Shown: positions 1-9,582, numbered from the stretch's first letter. The stretch: 46,573 nt of DNA from Prevotellaceae bacterium (GCA_022508585.1 JAFLUU010000001.1:1-46573); one strand, 5' to 3'. Notes: generated by a model not told the origin, from the letters alone. Translations and numbers: made by a program.

Positions 1-125
1 TTCACGACATTTCTACGCGCGCGGAGGCTCAAAAATCGTGCGCGGAGGCCTTTTCCATAAACTTTAAGGGGGTTAGGTGCACCATTGACGATACTCTGTG
101 TTGTGAGCACGATATTGGGCTATAC
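1..125. repeat. Partial copy (type-1 arm plus tail) of a ~300-bp composite palindromic intergenic repeat family, truncated by the window edge
   Basis: nt 1-80 (ttcacgacatttctacg..gaggctcaaaaatcg..ggaggccttttc..ggttaggtgc) align position for position with 35553-35632. Weaker homology continues to about nt 125. Confidence 0.8.
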
Positions 126-165
126 GCGCTCAATGATATGAGAAGGGGCGTGATGAAAAGGAGGA

Positions 166-1185
166 CTACGCTGCTCGCCTCATACCAATAAGAATAGGAC
201 AATATCTCTTCAGCACGAGAATAATAGGCACGAAGGCTAATAATGTCAAGATGCTGACGACAAATGTAGAAAAATCAGTGAGTATACTACCCCACTCTTG
301 CTTATAAATTATCTTCAACAGTGCATGATTTATCTCTTGGTGAAAGGTTAGGATGACGATGTTGCCATTGGCAATGAGGATTACGGCTTTGCTCTTAACT
401 TTGTCGAGACGCAAGGAGACTATAAGCAGGAACGATATGCCTGCAACTGCACTTAATGCAAACAGTAGTATGTTATGACCATAGAGGGCACGATATAGGT
501 AAGCAGTATCGTTATAAAAGCTGATAACGTAGGTTATCAGCACCAACACAACAACTATCATAACAGTTTGATAATTACTTAATCTCGTGATTATATTACA
601 AATTTTATTGAAAATATCGCTCGTGCGGCAAACTCCGCCAAACAAGAAGAATGGCATAGCTAAAAACATATTAGTTACGGACCACGCTATGTCTATATGG
701 AGAATATTATAGACTATAGCACCAACAATCGATAATAGTAGCAGAATACAACGCGACTTGCCACTTTGGCCAAACAGATGTACGATAATTTTAACAAGAA
801 TGAGCGTGTAAACAAACCAGAGTTTGTTGCACCCTGCGATGTCGCCGATAGAATGAAAGCCTGTGAGGATTGCCAATGCCGTTGTACCGCCATGAGCGGA
901 GAAGATATGAGGCAACGCTTTGACGGTGGCTAATATTAAATATGGCACTGTCAAGGTTATAAATAGTTTCTTCCAGAAGTGGTCGTCTTTGGTGGCCAAC
1001 TTCATAAGATAGCCCGATATAAAGAAAAACACTGCCACGTTAAATGAATATACAAACGATGTCAGGTGCTCAGGGAAGCAGTGTCCGTAGATTACGAACA
1101 GCATTGCGAGGGCTCTTATCCAGTCTACCCAATTTTTGCGTGTGGTTTGTGATTGCGGTGTTGCATTGTCTGATTGATTGCTCAT
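166..1185 (-). CDS. Acyltransferase family 3 (OafA/NolL-like) integral membrane O-acyltransferase
   Basis: The ORF is polytopic and hydrophobic. Its N-terminal signature WVDWIRALAMLFVIYGHC is typical of acyltransferase-3. I prefer the internal start MSNQSDN (ATG at 1183-1185) over the ORF-track start at 1251. Confidence 0.75.
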   Translation of the reverse strand: MSNQSDNATPQSQTTRKNWVDWIRALAMLFVIYGHCFPEHLTSFVYSFNVAVFFFISGYLMKLATKDDHFWKKLFITLTVPYLILATVKALPHIFSAHGGTTALAILTGFHSIGDIAGCNKLWFVYTLILVKIIVHLFGQSGKSRCILLLLSIVGAIVYNILHIDIAWSVTNMFLAMPFFLFGGVCRTSDIFNKICNIITRLSNYQTVMIVVVLVLITYVISFYNDTAYLYRALYGHNILLFALSAVAGISFLLIVSLRLDKVKSKAVILIANGNIVILTFHQEINHALLKIIYKQEWGSILTDFSTFVVSILTLLAFVPIILVLKRYCPILIGMRRAA

Positions 1186-1406
1186 TGCTTGTTGTGTTAT
1201 AAAGGTTAGTAGCTGCGTAAAGGCGCAGGAAGCACTAACCTTTATGCACAAAGAAAGCGCAGACCTGCCATTTCTCTACCAGGCCTACCACAGCCTCTCT
1301 TACCAAATGGGTATAGTCTACGCCTACGCGTATACCTATTGGTAAGAGAGTTGCTCAAAAAAATCTCGTGCGAGGTGGTAGTTCGGTAGAGAAGCGAACA
1401 ATAAAT

Positions 1407-1430
1407 CATCGTGTTTCACAAAACACGATG
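1407..1430 (-). terminator. Hairpin downstream of mltG (10-bp perfect stem catcgtgttt/aaacacgatg, 4-nt loop)
   Basis: A perfect inverted repeat is visible in the sequence. On the minus strand it is followed by an A/T-rich stretch. It overlaps the predicted transcription start region of the next promoter. Confidence 0.4.
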
Positions 1431-1438
1431 CAAAAGTA
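1431..1438 (-). promoter_or_regulatory. Bacteroidetes-type -7 promoter box (TACTTTTG on the minus strand)
   Basis: It matches the TAnnTTTG consensus and lies upstream of the acyltransferase gene. Confidence 0.45.
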
Positions 1439-1497
1439 GCGTTTTTTATCAACTACAAGAATAATTGAGAGAGTTTTTAGTACAAACAGATATAAAA

Positions 1498-2517
1498 TTA
1501 CTTGATTCCGCGTGCATTTAATGCCTGAACGTATCGGGTGGCATTAGCTTTGTGCTCGGCGTAAGTGGCAGCGAAAGCGTGGGTGCCGGAGAAATCGCTG
1601 TTGGCACACATAAAAAGATAATTATGTTCCTCATGGTTAAGGACTGCATCGATACTGCTTACCTGCGGTATGCGTATAGGGCCGGGAGGTAGCCCATTGT
1701 TGCGATAGGTGTTGTAGGGACTTGACGTGGCGAGCATATAACCATAGATGCGGCGCAGACTGAAGTTGCGCAGAGCGAACTTTACCGTAGGGTCGGCCTG
1801 CAAAGGCATACCGCAATGCAGGCGATTGAGGTATAGACCGGCCACAGTGGGCTTCTCTGCGTTATTAGCCGTCTCAGCATCGACTATCGATGCCAGCGTG
1901 TAGACTTGCTCGCGACTGAGATGGAGATCGTAGGCTTTCTGAGTGCGCTCCGCCGTCCAGAAGCGGTCGCGCTCTTTGGCCATGCGTTGTAAAAAGCCGG
2001 CAGGAGCTATGTCCCAGTAAAGTTCGTAAGTGTTGGGTATTAACAGAGTGGCCGAAAAAACAGTGTCGACACCATATTTTGCACACTCGGTTGAGTCATT
2101 GAACACGGTTGCGAGCGATGCGGAGTCTGCCATCAGCTGCCGCGCGACCTTAGATAGTGCCATCTCTTTGGTCCAAGTAGAAGGGATGGTGATTGCTACG
2201 GGAGTCTGATTGCCACGATAGACATTGGCCACAAGGCGCCATAGCGACAACGACGGCGTTACCTCATAGCAACCGGTGTTAAGGCTCCACCTCACCCCGC
2301 ACAGCGCTGCGGCTGCCCTGAAAGCGAGAGTATGGCGCGGCTGCACGCTGTCGAGCTTGCTGACGACGGAGTCGAGGTTGTCGTCGCGGTCTATATAAAT
2401 CCTCATGGGGCGACCGACGGTGCTTACGGGCACAATAAGCATATAAGCCACCACAGCTGCCACTGCAAGGAGCATAAGTATCAATGGTAAGTGGTTTTTT
2501 TTCTTGCGTCGAGCCAT
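1498..2517 (-). CDS. mltG: Endolytic murein transglycosylase MltG (YceG family)
   Basis: 339 aa with an N-terminal membrane anchor (RRKKKNHLPLILMLLAVAAVVAY). YceG-like motifs are present: SREQVYTLASIVDAET, LQADPTV, YNTY and GLPPGPI. Confidence 0.85.
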   Translation of the reverse strand: MARRKKKNHLPLILMLLAVAAVVAYMLIVPVSTVGRPMRIYIDRDDNLDSVVSKLDSVQPRHTLAFRAAAALCGVRWSLNTGCYEVTPSLSLWRLVANVYRGNQTPVAITIPSTWTKEMALSKVARQLMADSASLATVFNDSTECAKYGVDTVFSATLLIPNTYELYWDIAPAGFLQRMAKERDRFWTAERTQKAYDLHLSREQVYTLASIVDAETANNAEKPTVAGLYLNRLHCGMPLQADPTVKFALRNFSLRRIYGYMLATSSPYNTYRNNGLPPGPIRIPQVSSIDAVLNHEEHNYLFMCANSDFSGTHAFAATYAEHKANATRYVQALNARGIK

Positions 2518-2539
2518 TGTTATCGTTTAAGACACTATG

Positions 2540-2547
2540 CAAAGGTA
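2540..2547 (-). promoter_or_regulatory. -7 promoter box (TACCTTTG on the minus strand) for mltG
   Basis: TAnnTTTG match, 23 nt upstream of the mltG ATG. Confidence 0.5.
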
Positions 2548-2632
2548 AAGAAAAAAGAGGAGACGGCATAATTTGGCGAAGCTTTTGCGGAAATATATAA
2601 ATATAATAAGGTATGAAGTCGGAAAATTCACT

Positions 2633-2640
2633 TAATTTTG
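2633..2640 (+). promoter_or_regulatory. -7 promoter box TAATTTTG
   Basis: TAnnTTTG match, 48 nt upstream of the ATG at 2689. Confidence 0.5.
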
Positions 2641-2688
2641 CACGAAAGAATAATCAGTTAAGATCTATAACATAATATTTCCGAACTT

Positions 2689-3576
2689 ATGACAAAGCGC
2701 ACGCTCAATGTGGGAATAATACAGCAGCACAATACTGCCGACATTGCCGACAACATATCACGACTCGACAGCAAAATAGAGAAACTTGCCGAGGAGGGTG
2801 CTGAACTCGTGGTACTGCAAGAACTGCACAACACGCTTTACTTCTGCCAGGAGGAGAATACGGAGCTTTTCGACCTCGCCCACCCTATCCCGGGCGTAGA
2901 TACGGAGCACTTCGGCGAGGTTGCGTGCCGCTGCGGCGTGGTATTAGTCTGCTCGCTATTTGAACGCAGGGCGGCAGGCTTGTATCACAACACTGCCGTG
3001 GTCTTCGACAAAGACGGCAGAATCGCGGGCAAATACCGCAAGATGCACATTCCCGACGACCCCGCTTATTACGAAAAGTTCTACTTCACTCCGGGCGACC
3101 TCGGCTTCCAACCGATACAGACGAGCGTGGGAAGGCTCGGCGTGATGGTCTGCTGGGATCAGTGGTACCCCGAAGCGGCACGCCTTATGGCTATGCGCGG
3201 AGCCGAGTTGCTGATTTACCCCACCGCCATAGGTTACGACAACCGCGACAGCGCCGAGGAGCAAGAGAGGCAGCGCGAAGCGTGGACTACAGTGCAGCGA
3301 GGACACGCCGTTGCCAACGGTCTGCCCGTCATCGCGGTCAATCGTGTGGGGCAAGAGTTCTGCAACGATACCGACAACGGTATTCTCTTCTGGGGCAGCA
3401 GCTTTGTGGCCGGGCCGCAGGGCGAACTGCTCTATCGCGCGCCCAAAGACTGCGAGGAGGAAACTATTGTGAGCGTAGACCTCAACCGCAGCGAAGAAGT
3501 GAGGCGCTGGTGGCCGTTCCTTAGAGACCGCAGGATAGAAGAATACGGAGCAATAACCAAGCGTTACGACGATTGA
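2689..3576 (+). CDS. aguB: Carbon-nitrogen hydrolase, N-carbamoylputrescine amidase-like
   Basis: The nitrilase-superfamily Glu-Lys-Cys triad is in context: VLQELH, YRKMHIPD and VCWDQWYPEAAR. The CWDQW(F/Y)PE signature is characteristic of N-carbamoylputrescine amidases. Confidence 0.8.
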   Translation: MTKRTLNVGIIQQHNTADIADNISRLDSKIEKLAEEGAELVVLQELHNTLYFCQEENTELFDLAHPIPGVDTEHFGEVACRCGVVLVCSLFERRAAGLYHNTAVVFDKDGRIAGKYRKMHIPDDPAYYEKFYFTPGDLGFQPIQTSVGRLGVMVCWDQWYPEAARLMAMRGAELLIYPTAIGYDNRDSAEEQERQREAWTTVQRGHAVANGLPVIAVNRVGQEFCNDTDNGILFWGSSFVAGPQGELLYRAPKDCEEETIVSVDLNRSEEVRRWWPFLRDRRIEEYGAITKRYDD

Positions 3577-3745
3577 GAGCAGACAGATGATCTCATGGCA
3601 TAAAAACAACGACATTTTGCACCCCGCACATTACATTTGCCAAACTTATACGGCATCTTCATTACAAACGTCCACTTTTTGCGGCCATTTTGTGTAATTT
3701 TTCAAGAAAAGCGAGATTTTTTGTTGCCAAATTAAGAAAAAGACG

Positions 3746-3753
3746 TAATTTTG
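3746..3753 (+). promoter_or_regulatory. -7 promoter box TAATTTTG for dapF
   Basis: TAnnTTTG match, 29 nt upstream of the ATG at 3782. Confidence 0.5.
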
Positions 3754-3781
3754 TAACGCAAAACAGGAAAAAGACGAGGCT

Positions 3782-4633
3782 ATGTCAAAAATCAAGTTTA
3801 CGAAAATGCACGGCGCAGGCAATGACTACATCTATGTCGACGCTATGCAATACCCCCTCGCCCACCCCGAGAAGTTAGCCGTTGAGTGGAGCGCGCCTCA
3901 CACGGGCATCGGTAGCGACGGCCTTATTCTAATAGACCGCTCCGAGGTGGCCGACTTCAAGATGCGTATGTTTAACAACGACGGCAGCGAAGGTATCATG
4001 TGCGGCAACGGCGTGAGGTGCGTCGGTAAGTTCGTCTACGACAAGGGGCTGACCTCCTCAAAGAGTGTTACGGTGGAGACGCTCGGCGGTATCAAGGTGC
4101 TGCAACTCACCACCGACAATAATAATAAGGTAACGAAGGTTCGCGTCGACATGGGGCGGCCTTCTTTGCATAACAAGGAGCAGTTAGCCAACGACAGCGG
4201 CTCTATGACCGAAGGTCTCGTGCAAGCCGACGGGCGCGACTACATCGGCACTTTTGTCTGCATGGGTAATCCGCATTTCGTAATCTTTGTTGACGACATC
4301 GAAGCGATAGACCTCACCACAGAGGGGCGTGCGTTAGAGACGCACTCTATCTTCTCCCAGCGATGCAACATAGAGTTCGCCGAAGTGAGGGATAGCGGCG
4401 TTATTCGCACTCGTGTGTGGGAGCGCGGCACCGGTATAACCCTCGCCTGCGGCACCGGAGCCTGCGCCACGGCGGTGGCTGCTATCGTTACGGGCAAAGC
4501 CATCGGGCGTGCAACGATTGCGATGGACGGCGGCGACCTCGAAATCGAATGGGACGGCTCGGAAAACTTGTATATGACCGGTCCTGCCGCCACCGTCTTC
4601 GATGGAGAAATAGAGGATAGCAATACCATATAA
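3782..4633 (+). CDS. dapF: Diaminopimelate epimerase
   Basis: FTKMHGAGNDYIYVD at the N-terminus and both catalytic Cys contexts (MCGNGVRC and ACGTGACA) are present. Confidence 0.92.
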   Translation: MSKIKFTKMHGAGNDYIYVDAMQYPLAHPEKLAVEWSAPHTGIGSDGLILIDRSEVADFKMRMFNNDGSEGIMCGNGVRCVGKFVYDKGLTSSKSVTVETLGGIKVLQLTTDNNNKVTKVRVDMGRPSLHNKEQLANDSGSMTEGLVQADGRDYIGTFVCMGNPHFVIFVDDIEAIDLTTEGRALETHSIFSQRCNIEFAEVRDSGVIRTRVWERGTGITLACGTGACATAVAAIVTGKAIGRATIAMDGGDLEIEWDGSENLYMTGPAATVFDGEIEDSNTI

Positions 4634-4682
4634 GACAAGCAGATATTGCTCGAGTTTAATTGTTTGGAAATAACCTGTTAAC

Positions 4683-5909
4683 ATGACACAGATAAACGAC
4701 AACTTTCTGAAGCTGCAGAAGAGCTACCTTTTTGTTACGATTGCCAAGAAAGTGGCGGCATTCAAGGAGGCTAACCCTCAGGCGAAGATTATACGACTCG
4801 GCATCGGCGACGTTACGCGCCCTCTTGCCCCCGCTGTAATCAATGCGATGCACCATGCGGTGGACGAACTGGCCAATGCTGACACATTTCGCGGTTATGG
4901 CCCTGAACATGGCTACGATTTTCTGCAAGACGCAATCATTGCCAATGACTTCAAGCCGCGCGGCATCAGTCTTGAGCGCGAAGAGGTATTTGTCAACGAC
5001 GGAGCGAAAAGCGACACCGGCAATATCGGCGACATTCTCGGTCTGAAAAACAGCATCGGCGTTACTGACCCGATTTATCCGGTCTATATTGACTCCAATG
5101 TGATGAACGGACGCGCCGGCGAGTTCATTAACGGCCTGTGGAGCAACATAATCTATATGCCATGCACTGCAGAGAACAACTTCGTGGCGCAAATCCCCGA
5201 CAAAAAGATAGATATTATTTACCTTTGCTACCCTAATAATCCCACCGGCACGGTTATCACTCGCGAGCAGCTCCAAAAATGGGTTGAGTATGCGCTTCGT
5301 AATAAAAGCCTAATCATGTACGACGCTGCCTACGAGGCTTATATTCAAGACCCCGACATTCCTCACTCTATCTACGAGATTGAAGGGGCTAAGAAGTGTG
5401 CGATAGAATTTCACAGCTACTCTAAGACTGCAGGCTTCACCGGTGTGCGCTGTGGTTACACCATTGTACCTAAGGAACTCACTGCATTCAATGCTGAGGG
5501 CGACGAAATCGCGCTCAATCCGCTGTGGGAGCGTAGGCAGAGCACCAAATTCAACGGGGCGAGCTACATTACCCAACGCGGTGCCGAGGCGATCTACAGT
5601 CCCGAGGGTAAAAAGCAAGTCAAAGAAACGATTGACTATTATATGACCAACGCAAGAATAATGCGCGAGACTCTTTTGCAAACCGGCCTCACCATTTTCG
5701 GCGGCGAGAACGCGCCTTATATCTGGGTTAAGACTCCGAAAGAATTCGGCAGCTGGGAAATGTTCGACCACCTGCTGAACAATCTCCACCTCGTCTGCAC
5801 TCCCGGCGTCGGCTTCGGCCCGAGCGGCGAGGGCTACGTGCGTCTGACGACATTCGGCAATAGAGAAGACTGCATCGAAGCGATGGAGCGTCTGAAGAAA
5901 GGACTTTAA
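4683..5909 (+). CDS. dapL: LL-diaminopimelate aminotransferase (DapL, class I aminotransferase)
   Basis: INDNFLKLQKSYLF at the N-terminus and the PLP-lysine context SYSKTAGFTGVRCGY are present. The protein is 408 aa and sits next to dapF. Confidence 0.88.
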   Translation: MTQINDNFLKLQKSYLFVTIAKKVAAFKEANPQAKIIRLGIGDVTRPLAPAVINAMHHAVDELANADTFRGYGPEHGYDFLQDAIIANDFKPRGISLEREEVFVNDGAKSDTGNIGDILGLKNSIGVTDPIYPVYIDSNVMNGRAGEFINGLWSNIIYMPCTAENNFVAQIPDKKIDIIYLCYPNNPTGTVITREQLQKWVEYALRNKSLIMYDAAYEAYIQDPDIPHSIYEIEGAKKCAIEFHSYSKTAGFTGVRCGYTIVPKELTAFNAEGDEIALNPLWERRQSTKFNGASYITQRGAEAIYSPEGKKQVKETIDYYMTNARIMRETLLQTGLTIFGGENAPYIWVKTPKEFGSWEMFDHLLNNLHLVCTPGVGFGPSGEGYVRLTTFGNREDCIEAMERLKKGL

Positions 5910-5940
5910 TCAAAATGACAAGCATAAATAAATATATCCT

Positions 5941-8130
5941 ATGGCAAGATTAAGATTTAATGTGGTAGAAGCGGCTTTCAAAAAGAAGGCTTTGGAAATA
6001 AAGATGCCTACAGAGCGTCCCTCCGAGTACTTTGCAAAATATGTATTCAACAAGGAAAAGATGTTCCAGTATCTTTCTCCCTCCACCTACGAGCAATTGT
6101 GCGATGTGATCGAGAATGGCACACGCCTCGACCTCTCTGTGGCCGATGAGGTGGCCAAAGGTATGAAGAAATGGGCGCAAGAGTTCGGAGTTACCCACAT
6201 TACCCATTGGTTTCAGCCACTTACTGAAGGTACTGCCGAGAAACACGATGCCTTTGTTGAGCATGGAGACAACGGCGGCATGATTGAGAAATTCAGCGGC
6301 AAGGCTCTCGTACAGCAGGAGCCGGATGCGTCCTCTTTCCCCTCCGGTGGTATACGCTCCACCTTTGAAGCTCGCGGATACAGCGCGTGGGATCCGGCTT
6401 CGCCCGTCTTTGTTGTCGGCGATACGCTCATGATTCCTACCGTGTTCATCTCTTACACCGGCGAGGCTCTCGATTACAAAGCGCCCCTCAAGAAAGCGCT
6501 GGCAGCTGTCGACAAAGCTGCGACTGCCGTTTGTAAATATTTTGATCCGGAGGTTACAAAAGTTACTGCCAATCTTGGTTGGGAACAGGAGTACTTCCTT
6601 GTAGATGAAGACCTCTACGCTGCGCGCCCTGACCTGCTGCTTACAGGCCGCACTCTCACGGGACATGATTCAGCCAAGAATCAGCAAATGGAAGACCACT
6701 ATTTCGGAGCTATTCCCGACCGCGTGGCAGAATTTATGAAGGATCTTGAGATCCAAGCTCTTGAGTTAGGCATTCCGTGCAAGACTTGTCATAACGAAGT
6801 CGCTCCCAATCAGTTTGAGCTCGCCCCTATTTACGAAGAATGCAACTTGGCTGTAGACCACAATATGCTGCTGATGAGCCTTATGCGCAAAGTAGCTCGC
6901 AAGCACGGCTTCCGTTGTCTACTGCATGAGAAGCCCTTTGCCGGAATTAACGGTAGCGGCAAGCACGCCAATTGGTCGCTGGCTACAAACACGGGCGTAG
7001 TACTTCATGCCCCCGGGAAAACTCCGGAAGACAACCTTAGATTTCTCGTTTTTGCAGTGGAAACACTCGTAGGACTGCACAAACATAACGGACTGCTCAA
7101 GGCTTCTATCATGAGCGCGACCAATCAGCATCGTCTTGGGGCGAACGAAGCACCACCGGCAATCATCTCGGCATTTTTGGGCAAGCAAATTTCCGAAGTG
7201 TTCGACAAAATAGAGAATTCCTCTAATGAAGAGCTCATTTCTATCAAGGGTAGTAGCGCTTTGAGCCTTGATATTCCACAAATTCCCGACCTGCGCATAG
7301 ATAATACCGACCGCAACCGCACTTCTCCCTTCGCTTTTACAGGTAACCGCTTCGAATTCCGTGCCGTTGGTTCGCAAGCCAATTGTGCAGAGGCAATGAC
7401 CGTACTTAACACTGCCGTGGCCGAAGCCCTTACCGATTTCAAGACGCGAGTAGACGAACATATAGCCAATGGCGAGGACAAGACGACTGCCATTATCCGT
7501 GTACTGCGCGAAGACATCAAAGCCAGCAAGCCCATTCACTTCGAGGGCAATGGTTACTCCGACGAATGGAAAGCTGAAGCCGAGCGTCGTGGTTTGGACT
7601 GCGAGACTTCCTGTCCGCTCGTTTTCGACCGTTATCTCGACCTCGAGACAATCAAGATGTTCGAGGAGCAGAATGTAATGCGTGAGTTAGAGTTGAAAGC
7701 TCGCAACGAGATCAAATGGGATACTTACACTAAAAAGATACAGATTGAGGCTCGTGTGTTTGGCGACATGGCGATGAACCAGATTATTCCCGTTGCTACA
7801 CGTTATCAGAGTCTTCTGATCGACAATGTTAGCAAGATCGCCGCCACTTTCAGTGCTGAAGAGGCAGAACAACTTAACGCTGACAATCTGAAGATTATCC
7901 GTGAGATTTCGGAGCATACTCGCTTCATCATAGAGAACGTGAACGCCATGGTGGAAGCACGCAAAGTGGCCAATCGTATAGAGTCGGAACGTGAAAAAGC
8001 TATTCAGTATCACGACACAGTGCAACCTTATCTCGATAGTATCCGCTATCATGCGGACAAGCTCGAACTATTAGTAGAGGACGAGCTATGGGTGTTGCCC
8101 AAATACCGCGAACTGCTCTTTATCCGATAA
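5941..8130 (+). CDS. glnN: Glutamine synthetase type III
   Basis: 729 aa, the typical GSIII length. The GSIII N-terminus (PSEYFAKYVFNKEKM) and catalytic core motifs (EVAPNQFELAP, NGSGKHANWS) are present. Confidence 0.92.
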   Translation: MARLRFNVVEAAFKKKALEIKMPTERPSEYFAKYVFNKEKMFQYLSPSTYEQLCDVIENGTRLDLSVADEVAKGMKKWAQEFGVTHITHWFQPLTEGTAEKHDAFVEHGDNGGMIEKFSGKALVQQEPDASSFPSGGIRSTFEARGYSAWDPASPVFVVGDTLMIPTVFISYTGEALDYKAPLKKALAAVDKAATAVCKYFDPEVTKVTANLGWEQEYFLVDEDLYAARPDLLLTGRTLTGHDSAKNQQMEDHYFGAIPDRVAEFMKDLEIQALELGIPCKTCHNEVAPNQFELAPIYEECNLAVDHNMLLMSLMRKVARKHGFRCLLHEKPFAGINGSGKHANWSLATNTGVVLHAPGKTPEDNLRFLVFAVETLVGLHKHNGLLKASIMSATNQHRLGANEAPPAIISAFLGKQISEVFDKIENSSNEELISIKGSSALSLDIPQIPDLRIDNTDRNRTSPFAFTGNRFEFRAVGSQANCAEAMTVLNTAVAEALTDFKTRVDEHIANGEDKTTAIIRVLREDIKASKPIHFEGNGYSDEWKAEAERRGLDCETSCPLVFDRYLDLETIKMFEEQNVMRELELKARNEIKWDTYTKKIQIEARVFGDMAMNQIIPVATRYQSLLIDNVSKIAATFSAEEAEQLNADNLKIIREISEHTRFIIENVNAMVEARKVANRIESEREKAIQYHDTVQPYLDSIRYHADKLELLVEDELWVLPKYRELLFIR

Positions 8131-8202
8131 GTAACGGAGCAGAAACTGCCGCAAAATAAAGAAATACTAAATCAAAAGAATAAGAATTTCGTCGAAAATG
8201 TT

Positions 8203-8210
8203 TATATTTG
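8203..8210 (+). promoter_or_regulatory. -7 promoter box TATATTTG, in the loop of a 22-bp-arm inverted repeat
   Basis: TAnnTTTG match, 53 nt upstream of the ATG at 8263. It is flanked by inverted repeat arms at 8170-8191 and 8218-8239. Confidence 0.45.
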
Positions 8211-8262
8211 CATTGTTCGAAGTTCTTATTCTTTTGATTTTTATATTTATTAGCGTCATATT

Positions 8263-8958
8263 ATGAAGACAAATCGACCGACTGTAATACTTGCGCTCTC
8301 CACCATATTGATAGGCGCGCTACTCATAACTTTTCCAGCTAACGCAACGAAATGGCTCGTGATGGCCATAGGCGCACTATTCCTCATACCAGGAATTGTA
8401 TCAGTGGTTTCATACATAATACAAAGAAAACATAACCCAGACGTAACTGAGCCAAACAAAGAAAATGGAAAGAATAAGCCAAGCTCTTTCCCATTCGTAG
8501 GTATTGGAAGTATCTTATTTGGCAGTGTGCTACTTGCTGCGCCGAACATTTTCCTAAGCGCACTGCTCTACCTGCTTGGCGCATTCCTTGTACTAGCCGG
8601 ATTAGTGCAAGCTTACCGCCTCTCTCGGTTTCACAAACAATATAATATAAATGCCGTTAACTATATCATATCCGTCCTCATAAGTATAGCCGGTATCGTA
8701 GTAATTGTGCTTAACTATAAGATAGGTGCTCCTATTCCCACAGTTCCGGCCAACGAGCCCCACGGCGAACTACCTTCTTTCATTTTCGGCATTACGAGCG
8801 TAGTCTATGGTTTAACGGAAATCATTTATGCCATACAATTTAGAAAAAGCAAACAACCTAACAACGTCATTTCCACACAATCTAATGATGTAACCATAGA
8901 TAATACAGCTAAAAACACATCAATTATTGATGCAGAGATAATTGACGAGGGAAAATGA
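8263..8958 (+). CDS. Hypothetical integral membrane protein (about 6 TM segments, DUF308/HdeD-like topology)
   Basis: Repeated hydrophobic helices and a polar C-terminal tail are visible. I recognise no catalytic motif. The gene is AT-rich relative to its neighbours. Confidence 0.6.
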   Translation: MKTNRPTVILALSTILIGALLITFPANATKWLVMAIGALFLIPGIVSVVSYIIQRKHNPDVTEPNKENGKNKPSSFPFVGIGSILFGSVLLAAPNIFLSALLYLLGAFLVLAGLVQAYRLSRFHKQYNINAVNYIISVLISIAGIVVIVLNYKIGAPIPTVPANEPHGELPSFIFGITSVVYGLTEIIYAIQFRKSKQPNNVISTQSNDVTIDNTAKNTSIIDAEIIDEGK

Positions 8959-9521
8959 TTACACTCACGTTGACGCGCCACGGCCAAACAACAGAAAACC
9001 TGGAAGGAATTCTGCAGGGACAATCGCCAGGCCACCTCAACGCTACCGGCATTATGCAAGCAGAGGTACTGCGCGACCTACTGCGAGTAGAGGACTATGA
9101 TCTAATGCTCTGTAGTGACCTCGAGCGCACACGCCGCACCGCCGAAATTATCAATAGCAAGCTGCATCTGCCGACAATATACACAGCTCTGCTGCGCGAA
9201 CGCGATTGGGGCGAATACACAGGCCGCCTCATTAGGAGCATTACCGAGCATCCGTCACAGTTTCCACATAGCATTGAAAATGCAGAGCAGTTAGCGGCAC
9301 GTGCAAAGCAATTTCTGAAATATCTCTTTGCCAATTTCGACGAGAAGCGAGTCCTTGCCATTGGACATGGTTATTTCAATCGTTGCGTGCAGGCTCTCAT
9401 AGAGCAGCGCAGCGTCCACGACACACCGCGCTGGGACAATACCGAGTTGCGTACTTTCCACCTCGACACAACTGTCCTCTCCCACCAAGCACCCACCGAT
9501 TATCTTGTAAGTGAAAATTAG
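8955..9521 (+). CDS. Histidine phosphatase family protein (phosphoglycerate mutase-like)
   Basis: LTRHGQT (the RHG catalytic motif) is at the N-terminus and GHG lies late in the protein. The start overlaps the upstream stop as ATGA. Confidence 0.8.
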   Translation: MITLTLTRHGQTTENLEGILQGQSPGHLNATGIMQAEVLRDLLRVEDYDLMLCSDLERTRRTAEIINSKLHLPTIYTALLRERDWGEYTGRLIRSITEHPSQFPHSIENAEQLAARAKQFLKYLFANFDEKRVLAIGHGYFNRCVQALIEQRSVHDTPRWDNTELRTFHLDTTVLSHQAPTDYLVSEN

Positions 9522-9582
9522 CATCACATACGACATTGCGATCTCGGCGAAACGCTTCTCAAGTAAACCATACTAAAAAATT

